Assembly: GCA_023334545.1 (NCBI GenBank) | Contig: JAADVB010000006.1 | Location: 1 to 64,000 of the forward strand | Reading direction: 5' to 3' | DNA: 64,000 nucleotides | DNA from: Salisapilia sapeloensis CBS 127946 | Lineage: Eukaryota; Protista; Oomycota | Shown here: piece after piece, positions 23,701 through 33,968 of the stretch | Position numbering within the stretch: position 1 is the first letter of the stretch | Layout: every line of letters begins with the position of its first letter | Notes under the pieces: model-generated | Seen by the model: the letters and a program-made list of their open reading frames with translations, nothing else | Databases searched by the model: none | What the model was told of the DNA's origin: nothing | Position numbers and translations under genes: made by a program

Positions 23701-25412
23701 CGGACTTGGTCTTGTTGGATTGGTACATGAGTGAGTTGAAAAGACAGTGGAGTGTCGACATCCCACGCATTTTGCAGCATCATGACGGAGAAATTGCGCT
23801 TCAAATGGGATCACTGCATCGAACTGGCATCCAGTGGAAGGAGATTGGTAGTCGACTGGATAAACCGACCTCCGATTGCATGTTACGAATCGATGAGCTG
23901 CTTGCCGTCCCTGTTGTTCGTGCTCGTATTCAGCGCACAAAGAAAGATGTACAGGCGTCACGAAATCCTACTGGTGTATTCCAAGAGCTATGTGCGATCC
24001 GGAAGGAACCACGTTTATCAGCACTCTTTACACGTATCCTTCAGATTCTTTTCCATGATGAAAGCTCGTATGATGCAATTGTCGCGAATGCACTCACTCG
24101 TTTCTGGACGGAAGAAGAGATGAAGATTGTATGGCGATATCTCTGGATCAGTTGTTTAATTATGCTAAATCCGTCTACTCCACACAGTCCACATCAAGCT
24201 CGACGAACGTTTGCATTGCGCAAGAGTGTATGGAAGATGCATAAGACCGTAAAAGATCGTTTTCCAGTTGCAGCAATGAAAGAAGCAGCGTCACATCGTT
24301 CATTCTTGGATGAAAAAGCCGACGTTGCTTGCTTGACTGAACGTAATGCGGAAGATGAATGGGCTATTCAGTATGATTTACAAGATGACTATGCAGAAGC
24401 ATGGTTGGCGACTGAGTTGGCGTGTGTGGTCACTGGAAATGCAGAGCTCGTACCGAAGCGGATGATGGAAATAGTGGAGCTGTCGCGGGCGACTGAAGAA
24501 AAGTATCCTCCGAAAGCAAGCATGCGTGATCATGTGCGGAGATGTACTGGCGGTATTGAACACGAGGATCTTGCTCGTGAATTTTGGAATGTCACTGTCA
24601 ATTTCCAGACGAAGCGCGTTACCGAGTGCACGAGCTTGGAAGCTTTTTCAGGTACTTCTCTGAAAGGAATGTGGACTGTAGATGGAGCAAATGGTCAGGA
24701 CAAGAATATAGAGCGGTGGGTGCGTGATGCAGTTTCTGCCTATGGAGAAACTGGAGTCTCTGTATCTGATCTTTGTGAGCAGTTAGAGGGAAATGCTTGT
24801 ACCCATGGTACTCCATCTACTTCGCAATGTTCTGAATGCATCAAGAAAATTTATCCATGCTTGGAGCAATTAAAGTTGGAAGGCAAGATCTTCCAAGTAA
24901 GTGCCTTGGATCACAACCGCTATGTCGATGCAAATAGAGCAGAATTGTGGAGCGTTTGTCCCTACACAAAGGTGGAGAGCAGCAACCAGGAAGCATCGTT
25001 TCACTTTGACAAAGCCCAAACAGTGGCAGGTAGGCCATGGATAGACTTGAACGGATCAACGAACCACATTTATGCGCTTCGATTTAAGCGACAGGTACTC
25101 AGTGTCCTCCTTTGTACCCCTGGGCTATCAGACGAAGCGATTACGGTAAACCTTCATAGTTTGCTGGGTATTCAACATGTACGACTGCTGTTGGATGAGA
25201 TGATCTCGGACGATATCGTATACTGTCGAGCGGTCTACAGTACGAATGGCAGTAGAGGCGGCGTCTTTCAAAAACGAGCGAAGTACTCTATCTTCCGTGT
25301 TGAGCACGGAGACCACAGACTTGTCGATGCACAGAAGGAAGCTGTGCTCCGCTACTTTCCTACTTCTCATGCTCTTGAGAAACTAGGCGCGATGGAGAAT
25401 GAGATAGAGTAG
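20748..25412 (+). CDS. GTF3C1: RNA polymerase III transcription factor TFIIIC B-block-binding subunit, intronless, ~1554 aa
   Basis: N-terminus CVEVIALQGRRGISIRELF..IFMWRVL; B-block winged-helix region YDLLELVGQAGVSG..LFESSSRFYYCVEQLV; C-terminal RPWIDLNGSTN..VLSVLLCTPG. Confidence 0.8.
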   Translation: MEQMTQITARCVEVIALQGRRGISIRELFGVVDPSADNELRIFMWRVLVAMSGHQLFFYRLVGGNRMRERGKKRSMKRKRSNTSSYESLIPVRKQKRPSHATKDAEKENDQEDQGQSDCSQTIDTGELEDTPVSSITTRDYSLGEEVDVSCMTYTQATASDQDSVGVMASEEFRLRALGVESTETLDASSPVYDLLELVGQAGVSGLSSASALATDLFESSSRFYYCVEQLVLGGYAVRRTIQDGKNSYIILYLKHFANESGQQGTHDINCTEGSPSFDAIAHSIAQFLRDRGQSNCILANIGHELGYSKKFQRSLRNHFTKMLAKDATFPLVPFKAKCTSRNQADTLVSGRSMWCLRLQTKASDEKISTKERTSSLVLESGLVEQARNFIEHRGREGLTITELGDQLQVPTANILKRLTNELIIKYDVRAEETTEGKAKSQRLFLIPSGNSSNKSTADLRKDESVEEGKRAASSSSTSKVSSEDRAIRILDIVADKKIVSMDQLQSKLAEMEQVIGDGKKATAQKLDLRSVRPALKKLIDKGKVITVSIALPATSKRQKKQRVIECIALSGCEQDADALRAIKEAHVSQEKEKNMMQSENTDLLSLQNAALTSNVSIKAKVVEDKSKPATKTTEATGSSLEEQSRQLGLLPGHARRWELLHKLLWQQVDRQLSEDACESPKKTKDRLCVHLQEVIDTTPIQSYMQLVGVGEPLSDDEMSDVQSAIAGQLAWDLLSDTARTKIRGREVDRFTNLIDPLIQLSLVHWEVGLQDSSCADTASSAQSKPSEVIVRLCERAKMKVKKGSKVFRKLPTGAELYLATSTAEADESESRQRLQLTFLFKSSKDTTLYWQNLGLLSTEGGRLVWTNGVQADESSGLEDKVWSAPLEQYNLHAKATWAMDDGDINDAKSTSPPKQVIKKTRKRWSNPKRRNRTIKAHQQLDDDSEQIPSEGVQVSDDTTFMAKILPYRPRPNASERASNWTLDTDLVLLDWYMSELKRQWSVDIPRILQHHDGEIALQMGSLHRTGIQWKEIGSRLDKPTSDCMLRIDELLAVPVVRARIQRTKKDVQASRNPTGVFQELCAIRKEPRLSALFTRILQILFHDESSYDAIVANALTRFWTEEEMKIVWRYLWISCLIMLNPSTPHSPHQARRTFALRKSVWKMHKTVKDRFPVAAMKEAASHRSFLDEKADVACLTERNAEDEWAIQYDLQDDYAEAWLATELACVVTGNAELVPKRMMEIVELSRATEEKYPPKASMRDHVRRCTGGIEHEDLAREFWNVTVNFQTKRVTECTSLEAFSGTSLKGMWTVDGANGQDKNIERWVRDAVSAYGETGVSVSDLCEQLEGNACTHGTPSTSQCSECIKKIYPCLEQLKLEGKIFQVSALDHNRYVDANRAELWSVCPYTKVESSNQEASFHFDKAQTVAGRPWIDLNGSTNHIYALRFKRQVLSVLLCTPGLSDEAITVNLHSLLGIQHVRLLLDEMISDDIVYCRAVYSTNGSRGGVFQKRAKYSIFRVEHGDHRLVDAQKEAVLRYFPTSHALEKLGAMENEIE

Positions 25413-25451
25413 TGTATTGGAGTACAATGGAAACACGATATATTTTATTAA

Positions 25452-27024
25452 TTAGCTAACTGAAACGGAGTCTCTAGTCGGACGTGACAACATTTCAATC
25501 GATTGCTTTTTTCGTTCAATGAGCATCTGCACGACGGAAAGAACTTCTCGATTCTTTGACCTTGGACCAGGTTTACTTTGACTGGAAATTTTGTTTTCCA
25601 TTATACCTTTAGATGACCGTGGTCGCAGAGTATGGGTCACAGGTCGAGGTGGTGGGTCATAGTTGGGTCGAACATGTTTGCCTGCTATAAACAAGTATTA
25701 CATATGTGGTTCGAGATACAAGAGAATGATAAAGGTGTACTGTGAATGTCCCCAGTGGAGTGATGCGACTTGGATATGCTGTTTCGATCTCGAAGTGGAG
25801 AGTTAGGTTCGCTGGATTCCTTTTTAATAGACTGTCTTCTGCTTTTAATGGTTGGTGAAAGTTGTTGAGCTGTGGACTGCTCCACCTCGTTCACAAGGAG
25901 TGAATCTCTTTTCTGTAGTAATCTTCCAAAAAGACTTTGGCGTTGGACGGGGGATGGTGCGTAGGTCGAAGTGTCCGGTGTATGCTGCTTTCGAATTGGA
26001 ATTGGTGAAGGAGCTTGTTCTGGAGGTGATTGTGGTGGTGACACAGAGTACGAGCGAGGTGAGCGAAGTGCTCCAGAGTTTTGCTTCCCTGCTTGATCGT
26101 CAAGGTATGCGCGCGGTGCAGACTGTGGTCTGGCCTGCTTCTGCAAATGGAAATGTTTTTTGTCATCATAGATGCGAGCTATCGTATTAAAAATGTATTA
26201 GATGTATCGAAAGGTGTTACCGAAATGAACTTTGCACGATATCTACCATAAGACAGCGACTTGGAACCAGCTCCGTCATTTGATCGACACCGAACAGCAC
26301 TACGAACTTTGCGTTCATCAAGAACAAGAAGATTGGGAAGCAGCTCCAATAATACGGCGCGGTATTCCGGTCGATTGCTAAACGGGTTACCACGCAGTGT
26401 CAAATGTGTCAGATTTTGATTCAAACTCAGCATCCGGATGTCCTCTGCCCTATCATTCACATGAGTATAAGTCCTATGGAGTTATGGCTGCAATGAACGA
26501 GTAACGTGCTCTTCAATAAGGTTGTCAGAGATATCCAAGTACTCTAAACGGTCCAGAGTCTCCAGCCCATTGACGCATGTGAGTCTACATCGAAGTAGGA
26601 ATGAGCATGATTCAATCCAAATCAAGATGTACTGTACCTGTTGCCACTTAAGTTGACCCTCTTTAAACTAGTGCAGTACTCGAGGATACTGGCATCCTGA
26701 AGACGATTAAAGCCTAGATGAAGCTCTCGGAGATGTTCCAGGCGTTGGATCCCATTCGCGTTGGCAAGTAAGTTGAATGAGGCATCAAGTGCCTGAATGC
26801 CTGCAGGTATCGTCTGTGGCAAGTGTTCCATTTCATTGTTCGATAAATCAATGGCAATGGCTGTGGTAAAGACTCGAAGTGTTCGCTCAATCTGAGGCGT
26901 GGTCAATCCTCTTCCCTACATTCGACGTTGGTCACCTAGGAGCAATCGACTGGTAATATCGAATGCGTACAGAAAAGTCACAAAAGTCGGATACTGCTCC
27001 ATCTACGCCAATCGAGCGCGTCAT
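25452..27024 (-). CDS. Leucine-rich-repeat protein (SDS22-like LRRs with LRR cap) and a disordered basic tail; multi-exon
   Basis: DFSGRGLTT, IDLSNNEMEHL, LDASFNLL, LRELHLGFNRL, VNLSGNR, YLDISDNLI, LTLRGNPF..YRAVLLELLPNLLVLDERKV. May be joined to the upstream 27021-27556 exons. Confidence 0.8.
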
Positions 27025-27556
27025 TTCGTCTCTACAGTACCGAATACAAGCTTCTTGGTTGTCAATCGCCTCGTACGTTTCGATCCTCTATATTTATAGA
27101 ATCCATTTCCCATCATAGCAAATGCATGCATCCAAATAAGATACGCCACATAAGATTTCCAGTCATCTTGACACTCGATTCGATCTCGAGATAGCACGGG
27201 AGCAAGAGAAAGCTTCTCTACTACCAGAAAAAGAAAAATATTCTTTTCTTTCGTTAAAGTTGTGTCTTGCTCAACCCACCGCACGTCATCCTAATGGACC
27301 TAATAATCTGAGTCTCCATACAATTGTCAAGAGAGTGGAAATCCAGTTGTTTGAGCTCAAAGCGAGAAGGACAAGAAGCCTCCGAGCACGCGACGTCCGT
27401 GCGACACAGTTTGATTTGCGGTACACGCTCGTCACGTCCTTTATTGCGACCAACATATCGCGTGATTAAGTAGTGAGCGACTTTCGATTCGTTCTGCACC
27501 ACAAGCTTTTCGTATTCAAATCTCGTTGCATCGTACGATTTGCCAAGTAGAAGCAT
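27021..27556 (-). CDS. Uncharacterised coding segment, either a separate small gene or N-terminal exons of the LRR gene
   Basis: Two protein-like frames (MLLLGKSYDATRFEYEKL... and DDVRWVEQ...DDWKSYVAYLIWMHAF...). A 74-nt GTACGA..GCGTAG intron (27076-27003) would fuse them in frame to the LRR gene. Confidence 0.4.
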
Positions 27557-27608
27557 GGCCAAGTCTTCGCTTCCTCCTTGCAATGAACTCGACCCACTTG
27601 ACGTCAGT

Positions 27609-30416
27609 ATGGACGACTTGGAAGGGGACAATTTGCTGCGTGGTATGTTGATTTTGTAGGAATGTGGATGGTAGTAGAGGTTCTTATTTATACTCAATGC
27701 GTCTATCGTAGACTTTGTCTTAAAGCAGGAATATAATGGCGCTACGGACACACCGTCTAGTACCCATAACGGCGGGTATACGTCGGAAGAATCGGATTAT
27801 TCGGCCACGACGCCGCCACAAAGACCACAGACTGATCCGGACATTGCCCTCTTCCAGCTTACGGACACAAATGAACTAGTGGAGACCGTCGCGGATTACG
27901 TTGCGGATCAAGACTTGACCCAGATACCTGCTTCTGAGAAAAATGGCTTTACTGGAAAGGTTATCAAGGGTAAGACATCCAAGTACCGTGGCGTTACGCA
28001 GACGAGTAAGTCGTCTTGGGGTGCGAAATACAGCGCTAAGCGTATCACGAACAAGTGCAAGACAGCAGATGAAGCTGCACACGCGTACGATGACTACGTG
28101 AAGACTCATTTTCCTGAAAAGTACCCGAAATTTGCCAATTTCTGCGACCACTGTGGGAAGTTCACGAACCCTCTGGAGCTGCCACAATACGCAAATGAGT
28201 GTACGTGCTCTGGAGTGAATCCGACGTCTGCTGAAAGCACGAGCGACAGTCGATCGAGTTCGTCTTCTCCTATGGCAGAGACCGCGGACAATGACGACAA
28301 GCTCATGCGTCAAGGCAGTGCTTCGTCTCTTAATTCGCTTAAACTGAGCTTCACAGAGTTAAACGACGCGCTGTTCGATGGTAGCTTTGAAGATCTGGCG
28401 AAGGAAGCAGTGGACGCGAGTGATGACTTCAAGATGGAGCAGAATCCCAAGCGCCGTAAGAGCAGCGTCGATAGTGCATCGATGGCGGAGATCTCTGCCG
28501 TCGCGGAGTTTGCTAAAGGGAAGGACATCGACAACATTATCAACGACATCCATCGCTCGAGCTCGAATTCACTATCGAAGCACCCTTCGTTCCGTCGATT
28601 TAATAGTGGTAGTAGTAAGAATATGCTCGCGTCGTCTACGATGGACAGTTCTACGTTTGATTTGAATCCAGACGAGATGGAGGATTTGCAGGACATCAAT
28701 ACGTATCTGAACGATCCAGCAGAAGATTACGCTTTGAGTGTCGGCAGTGCTCCAGAGCCTCAAGAGCAGCAAAATGGCAAGTACCAAGGATTCGGTAAGA
28801 TGCACAGTCTTGACTATGAAGATTCGACGGTCGAAGGCGAGAGCACAAGTGTCGTGGGAATGTCGGAAGGGAGTAGACAAGAGTCTCTTCCGGCACAAGT
28901 CGACTTCAAGACTAGTTTCTTACAAAAGTACTGGCGAAATGATCGGAAGAACATCCAATGCTTTCCTTATTGTCGGGAATTCGGCGACTACTATCGTGTG
29001 CAGATGGAAAAGCTGGCACATCAGAACAAAGGTGTCTGTCGTGCTGACGTAGACGTTCGTATCGACATTTCGTCTGGGTCGGTCCTATCTCCATCGACAC
29101 TTGTCTTCTTAGCTCGATGCAACAGTGTCTTTTCGCGTGAGAAAGCGTTGTCACATGAGATGCAGTTAAGTCACGATGAGATGGACGGATTAAAAAAGGT
29201 GAGTACGACAGGTATCATCGAGTCTTCTGCTCCTATCCCATCTGCAGGTGCGAATACGATGCAATTTGATGTGAAATTCGCACCAGACGTCTGGAAATTC
29301 GAGTTTGATTTGCCCAAGAAGCGTCGACATACACAAGCCGGATCAGAAGATGGTGATCAGTTGCATGCCGAGTTCCTCTACTTTTTCGAAGTCGATGTCT
29401 TTTATTCGGATGATAAGGAGACGTACGTGAGGCTCGGACATCGTGAATCGAGCAAGTTCCAGATCGCGAATACACGGACGTTGCAGCGACAACGCACCAA
29501 GATGGGCGAATCGGCTGCGGATAGGAGCGCTCCGAACGCCATGGACCATCCAGACAAGCAAATTGTTAAGGCCCCGCGCTATCAACACGCGAATGACAGT
29601 CTTCTCTCGAGAGACGACAGCATGACGGAAGTAGCGGACTCGGAGACAGTCAAGACTGCGGATAAGACGCCACCTCCGGAGCTCTTGTCCCAATCGACGT
29701 CGACGCATCTTGATAGATGGGTCAGTGCCGTGGACGATGATGCTGTTCATGGAGACTATGGTGGCTACAGCACGCCTCGGAAGCAGAGCACGAAAGCGAC
29801 GGACGGGATATCGTCCAGTGGCGTGCCGAACGTCACTACGCATGAAAAGGCGGAGGCTGCTCCTGTCCATCCGACGGATGCAGAGAAGAACACTTCGGAC
29901 GAAGCGTATAGTCTGCCCAAGTTGGCGTCGTATACGCTCTTGTGTCTGCCTCTGTCGGTTGTCTACTTGGTCTGCGGTCTTGGCATGCTACTTGGCTTTG
30001 TGCTTGTGCCGCCAATGGCTCATGCTATTGTCCGTGGACTCGACACGCTCTCAGACATGGAGCTCAGTCGTGCGAATAGCAGTCTCATTGCCTCCGACGC
30101 GCGCTACGTTTTAAATCGATTGGCGACGGAACCACCGACGAATGAGCGTCGTGTCTTCCGGTATCACACGTCTGGAGAAGTTTGGGCACGCCTGGGATTC
30201 TTTACCGGCGGCAAGTTGCTCTCTTCCGTGCTTTCTTTCTTCCCTACGATGTTGCTAGGCCTCTGTGCCGTCCTGGTCTTCCCACTGCGTTCTCTATCGA
30301 GCTCTATATCGTCCAAAGCATGTGACACAGCGCTGTGGACGCGTGAGTACTCTCGCCGACAAGTGGGCAAGCCTCGTGCGTCATCGCCGCGGCCATCATC
30401 TGCAGCGTTGGTGTAA
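27609..30416 (+). CDS. AP2-domain DNA-binding protein with a central globular domain and a C-terminal multi-pass membrane module
   Basis: Spliced start MDDLEGDNLLR|DFVLKQ (intron 27643-27711). AP2 motif SKYRGVTQ..WGAKY..ADEAAHAYD followed by CDHC..CTC. Hydrophobic segments YTLLCLPLSVVYLVCGLGMLLGFVLV and LLSSVLSFFPTMLLGLCAVLVFPL. Confidence 0.85.
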
Positions 30417-30706
30417 AGACGTATGGCAAGATGACGGTCGCAGTCGTCTGTAACTTATCGTAGCTTTGGATGCATCTCTTTCTTTTTATCATTTCATCTA
30501 GCAAGTTTGTATCATGACTAGTAGACGCATGCAGTATACTAGTACTCGTCTACTATGTGATGCAGGAGTAGCTTTGGGTAGATCAACATGGAAAACATTT
30601 AAAGAAAAGAGAGTTGAGAGTGGATGATGAATGATAACATGTCGACCAGACGTGTAGGTCGGGAGGCAAATTTGTGTATTTCTTGTCGACTAGGAAGCAG
30701 CGACGT

Positions 30707-32452
30707 TTACTCGGTTCGGAACTCTTCCCCGCCAGACGCCATGTCGAACTGACTAGCGAAGTCATCGATGGACATGTCCTTCTTGTTCCCGCCATCATCG
30801 TCATCGTCGTCAAACACCCACGTCGTGCCAGGAACGTACTTGGATGCCTCCCCGTCGCTCGATCCTGGAGGTGGCTTCGTACCTTTTGCGTACAATGGTC
30901 CGGCGCTAGTTTCACAGCAAGATAAGGACGCTACATGGCTTATTCAGGATACAAGAGACGCACCCTGGTAGCGCATCTGCAGCACCGGAAGTCATAGAGC
31001 TCTCGCCAATGTCTTCCAGTCTCGCGAGAAGACTGTCAGCCAACAACTTGGTCGTGCCAGCTTTCTTGAAAAAATTGTGCTTGAGCAGTGGTCCCGTCGC
31101 CGGACTGCATCATCTTGATTGAGTTACGTCACGAGTGAGAGAGGAAGAGCAGACGTACCGCTTGGAAGGTTCCTTCTGGAGGCACATCTTGACCATGTCA
31201 CGGTAGTGTCGACCGAACTGGCTGTTGCTACCATCATCCTACACATCCAAAGGTTATCATTTACGTCTCTCGTAGCTGAAAGAGGCAGACTTACGCCGTA
31301 GGTCTTGAGCGACGGTGGCTCTTCCTGTAGCGTTAGCAGCAAGACTTTCATCGGCTGGAAACGAGCGTACGGAGCGTATCCTTTCGCGAGCTCAAGCGCC
31401 GTGATGCCAAGCGACCAAATGTCTGCCTTGTAGTCGTATCCACGCACTTGTTCCATGACCTCTGGAGCCATCCAGCACGGCGTACCGACAAATGTCTGGC
31501 GGTTCTTACGCCGGTCACCTCCTTCCATCATCCATCCAGAGACACCAAAGTCGGCGATAACAACGTGGCCTTCAGAGTCCAGCAGGATGTTACCAGCCTT
31601 AATGTCTCTGTGGTGAGCATGTTAGGTACTGGGCATGGAAAGGAGATGTAGGATGGACGTACCGATGGATTTGGCCGTTCTCGTGGAAGTATTGCAGCCC
31701 CTTGAGTGCTTCGTTCAAGATGACAGCAATGTACTCTTCCTACAAGCATATCCAAGCTTGTTAGATACTCGATAGACGGTGGTTTGGATGATAGAGAGCG
31801 AACCTTGAGGCCTTCACCTTGATTCCTCTTCTTGAGCAAGTTCATGACGTGGAGGCAGGATCCTACGTATAGAGATGGGAGACTGATGGCTAGATGAAGA
31901 GGTAGAGAACGAACCTTTGTTCATGAGTTGCATGACGAGCCACAACTGGTCTTTGTTGACAAAGCTATCCGAGTGTCAGAGCTTATTTATAAGCGTTTAG
32001 AAGAGAGACAAAGGTACCTGCAGTAGCACTTGAGGACGTTCGGATGGTCTGTCATCTTCATCGTCTGCACTTCCGAGCGGATGTCTTCAAAGCTCGTGGT
32101 GATCTTTTCCAAGTCCATGATTTTGATCGCGACATATTTGTCTTTGGACGCACAGTATGCTTTCCAGACTTTTGCAAACGCTCCCTACAAGACACATAAG
32201 TCGTTATTCATGTCCATGCTATGGTAGGAGATGTGGTAGATGTAGTGATGCTCTAGCAACGAGAGCTAGGCAAAAGGCTGTTATCAGATAGTGGTAGGGA
32301 GATAAATCTTTTGCCCGAGCTATTGGATCGATCGCATCTCTTGCTGCCTCTCATTCCACTCGTACGTTCCACTATAGAGTAAAAGAATATACCTGGCCAA
32401 TTTGCTCAATGATCTGGTACTCTGCGGCAGTCGTCGGCCACTCTTCTGCCAT
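30707..32452 (-). CDS. STE20/GCK-family kinase, OSR1/SPAK/Fray-like; multi-exon
   Basis: [110 protein letters not shown], tail GTTWVFD. Confidence 0.92.
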
Positions 32453-33303
32453 CGTTCTCGTAGGCTTGAGAGCAGTGAATGAAGAGGGGGGAGTCGTCGA
32501 GAGTAGAAGCTTTTTAGCCTACAAGATAGACAAATGACAATTCGTGAGTGTCCGAATGCAGGTAGGATGCTCTCAAGTCGAATCGTGATGAAGCGAATGG
32601 CATTCGACAGGATGAAGGAAGAGCAGCAGCAAAAGACGTACCTCGGTCGATCGCGATAGTAGGGGCTCGAACTGACCCCTCGCTTTGGAAATTGTGGACG
32701 AACATTGAAGACTTTTTGGAAGAAAAAGCTTTTATTTCACCACATTTTGGCAATTATTGAGAGGTATGACAGCAAGAGGGCACCACCGAAGTCTGCCGCT
32801 TGTCAGTCTGTCTAGGGACGATGGTAGGACCCATAGCTACTTTTACCTACACGCTACTTATAGGAAGGATAGAAGTAGTCGAGTTGACTTTGTGGAAATA
32901 GTTGCTAGAGGGAGAAGAGCATGACAAGACGATTAATCATTAGAAATAGTACGAGGAACGTACGAGTCTGTAGCTGTACTTGCCTCAGTAGGATCAATTG
33001 GAATGTTAAAATAAAGGTTTTCCATCATGTAGAATAGAGTACATCGGAATGAGCAACTCATCATCGGCAAGTACACTTGTAAAAACATATAAGAAGCAAG
33101 GGATATTGGAAGTGGTGTCTCAGACTGACGTGCAAATGTTCATATCAGCATCCGTCATAGAGGACGGTCAAGCGACAATATCTTCACCGACACCACTTCC
33201 GTAGATGGAATCAAGACCTGTGTACACCGCGATAGGAAAGCAGCCAACTTCGTGTTTGTTTCGTTCCATTCTCCTATAGCACCACGGCACTATCGAGATA
33301 GGT

Positions 33304-33825
33304 TTACTTGAGCGGGATGAATCGGGACGAGTTCGTCGCACCGATACCGGGGCGGCCGTGGGCAACCGGCTTGTACGAGATGGCGAACTCACCAAGGTAG
33401 TGGCCAATCATCTCCGGCTTGATCTCAATACCGTTGAACACCTTTCCGTTGTACACACCGACGACGGAGCCAATCATCTCCGGAACGATGATCATGTTAC
33501 GGAGGTGGGTCTTAATACCCTCCGGGCGCTCCAAAGGCTTGGCAGCGGCCTTGGCCTTTCGCAGACGCTTGATGAGAGCCATCGGCTTACGCTTAAGGCC
33601 ACGGGAGAAACGACGGCGGGCACGGGCGCCGACGAGCTCCATGAGCTCTTCGTGGTTCAGGTCCAAGAGCTTCTCGAGGTCGACACCACGGTACGTGAAC
33701 TTCTTGAACGTACGCTTCTTGCGTGCCGCCGCCAGTTCCAAATTGGACATGTTGGATTCTTCCGCCTAGCTCATGACAAGGTAAGGATACATGCAAGTAG
33801 AGGAGACAGAGGTAGTACGCACCAT
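33304..33825 (-). CDS. RPS15: 40S ribosomal protein S15 (uS19); first exon is ATG only, intron 33766-33822
   Basis: [78 protein letters not shown]. Confidence 0.98.
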
Positions 33826-33968
33826 GGTTGCTTTCCGTTCGCTTGTGAATGTCTTTGGTTTGATAGACTGGTCTTAAACTCCTTTCAGCCAACCAACCCA
33901 CTTGCATACTTTACGCAAGATGTACATGTTGAACAAGACACTCCGCACACAATTTGCCAAAGTGCGAA

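Noticed and set aside
27021-27024. Bacterial-style ATGA stop/start overlap between the 27021-27284 ORF and the LRR start
   Set aside because: A 74-nt GTACGA..TGAC..GCGTAG intron (27076-27003) would remove it and fuse the frames, so the overlap may be intronic coincidence. cDNA is needed to decide.
32453-33300. Short ORFs between the OSR1-like kinase and RPS15
   Set aside because: Could not be assembled into a convincing spliced gene; probably promoter and UTR sequence.
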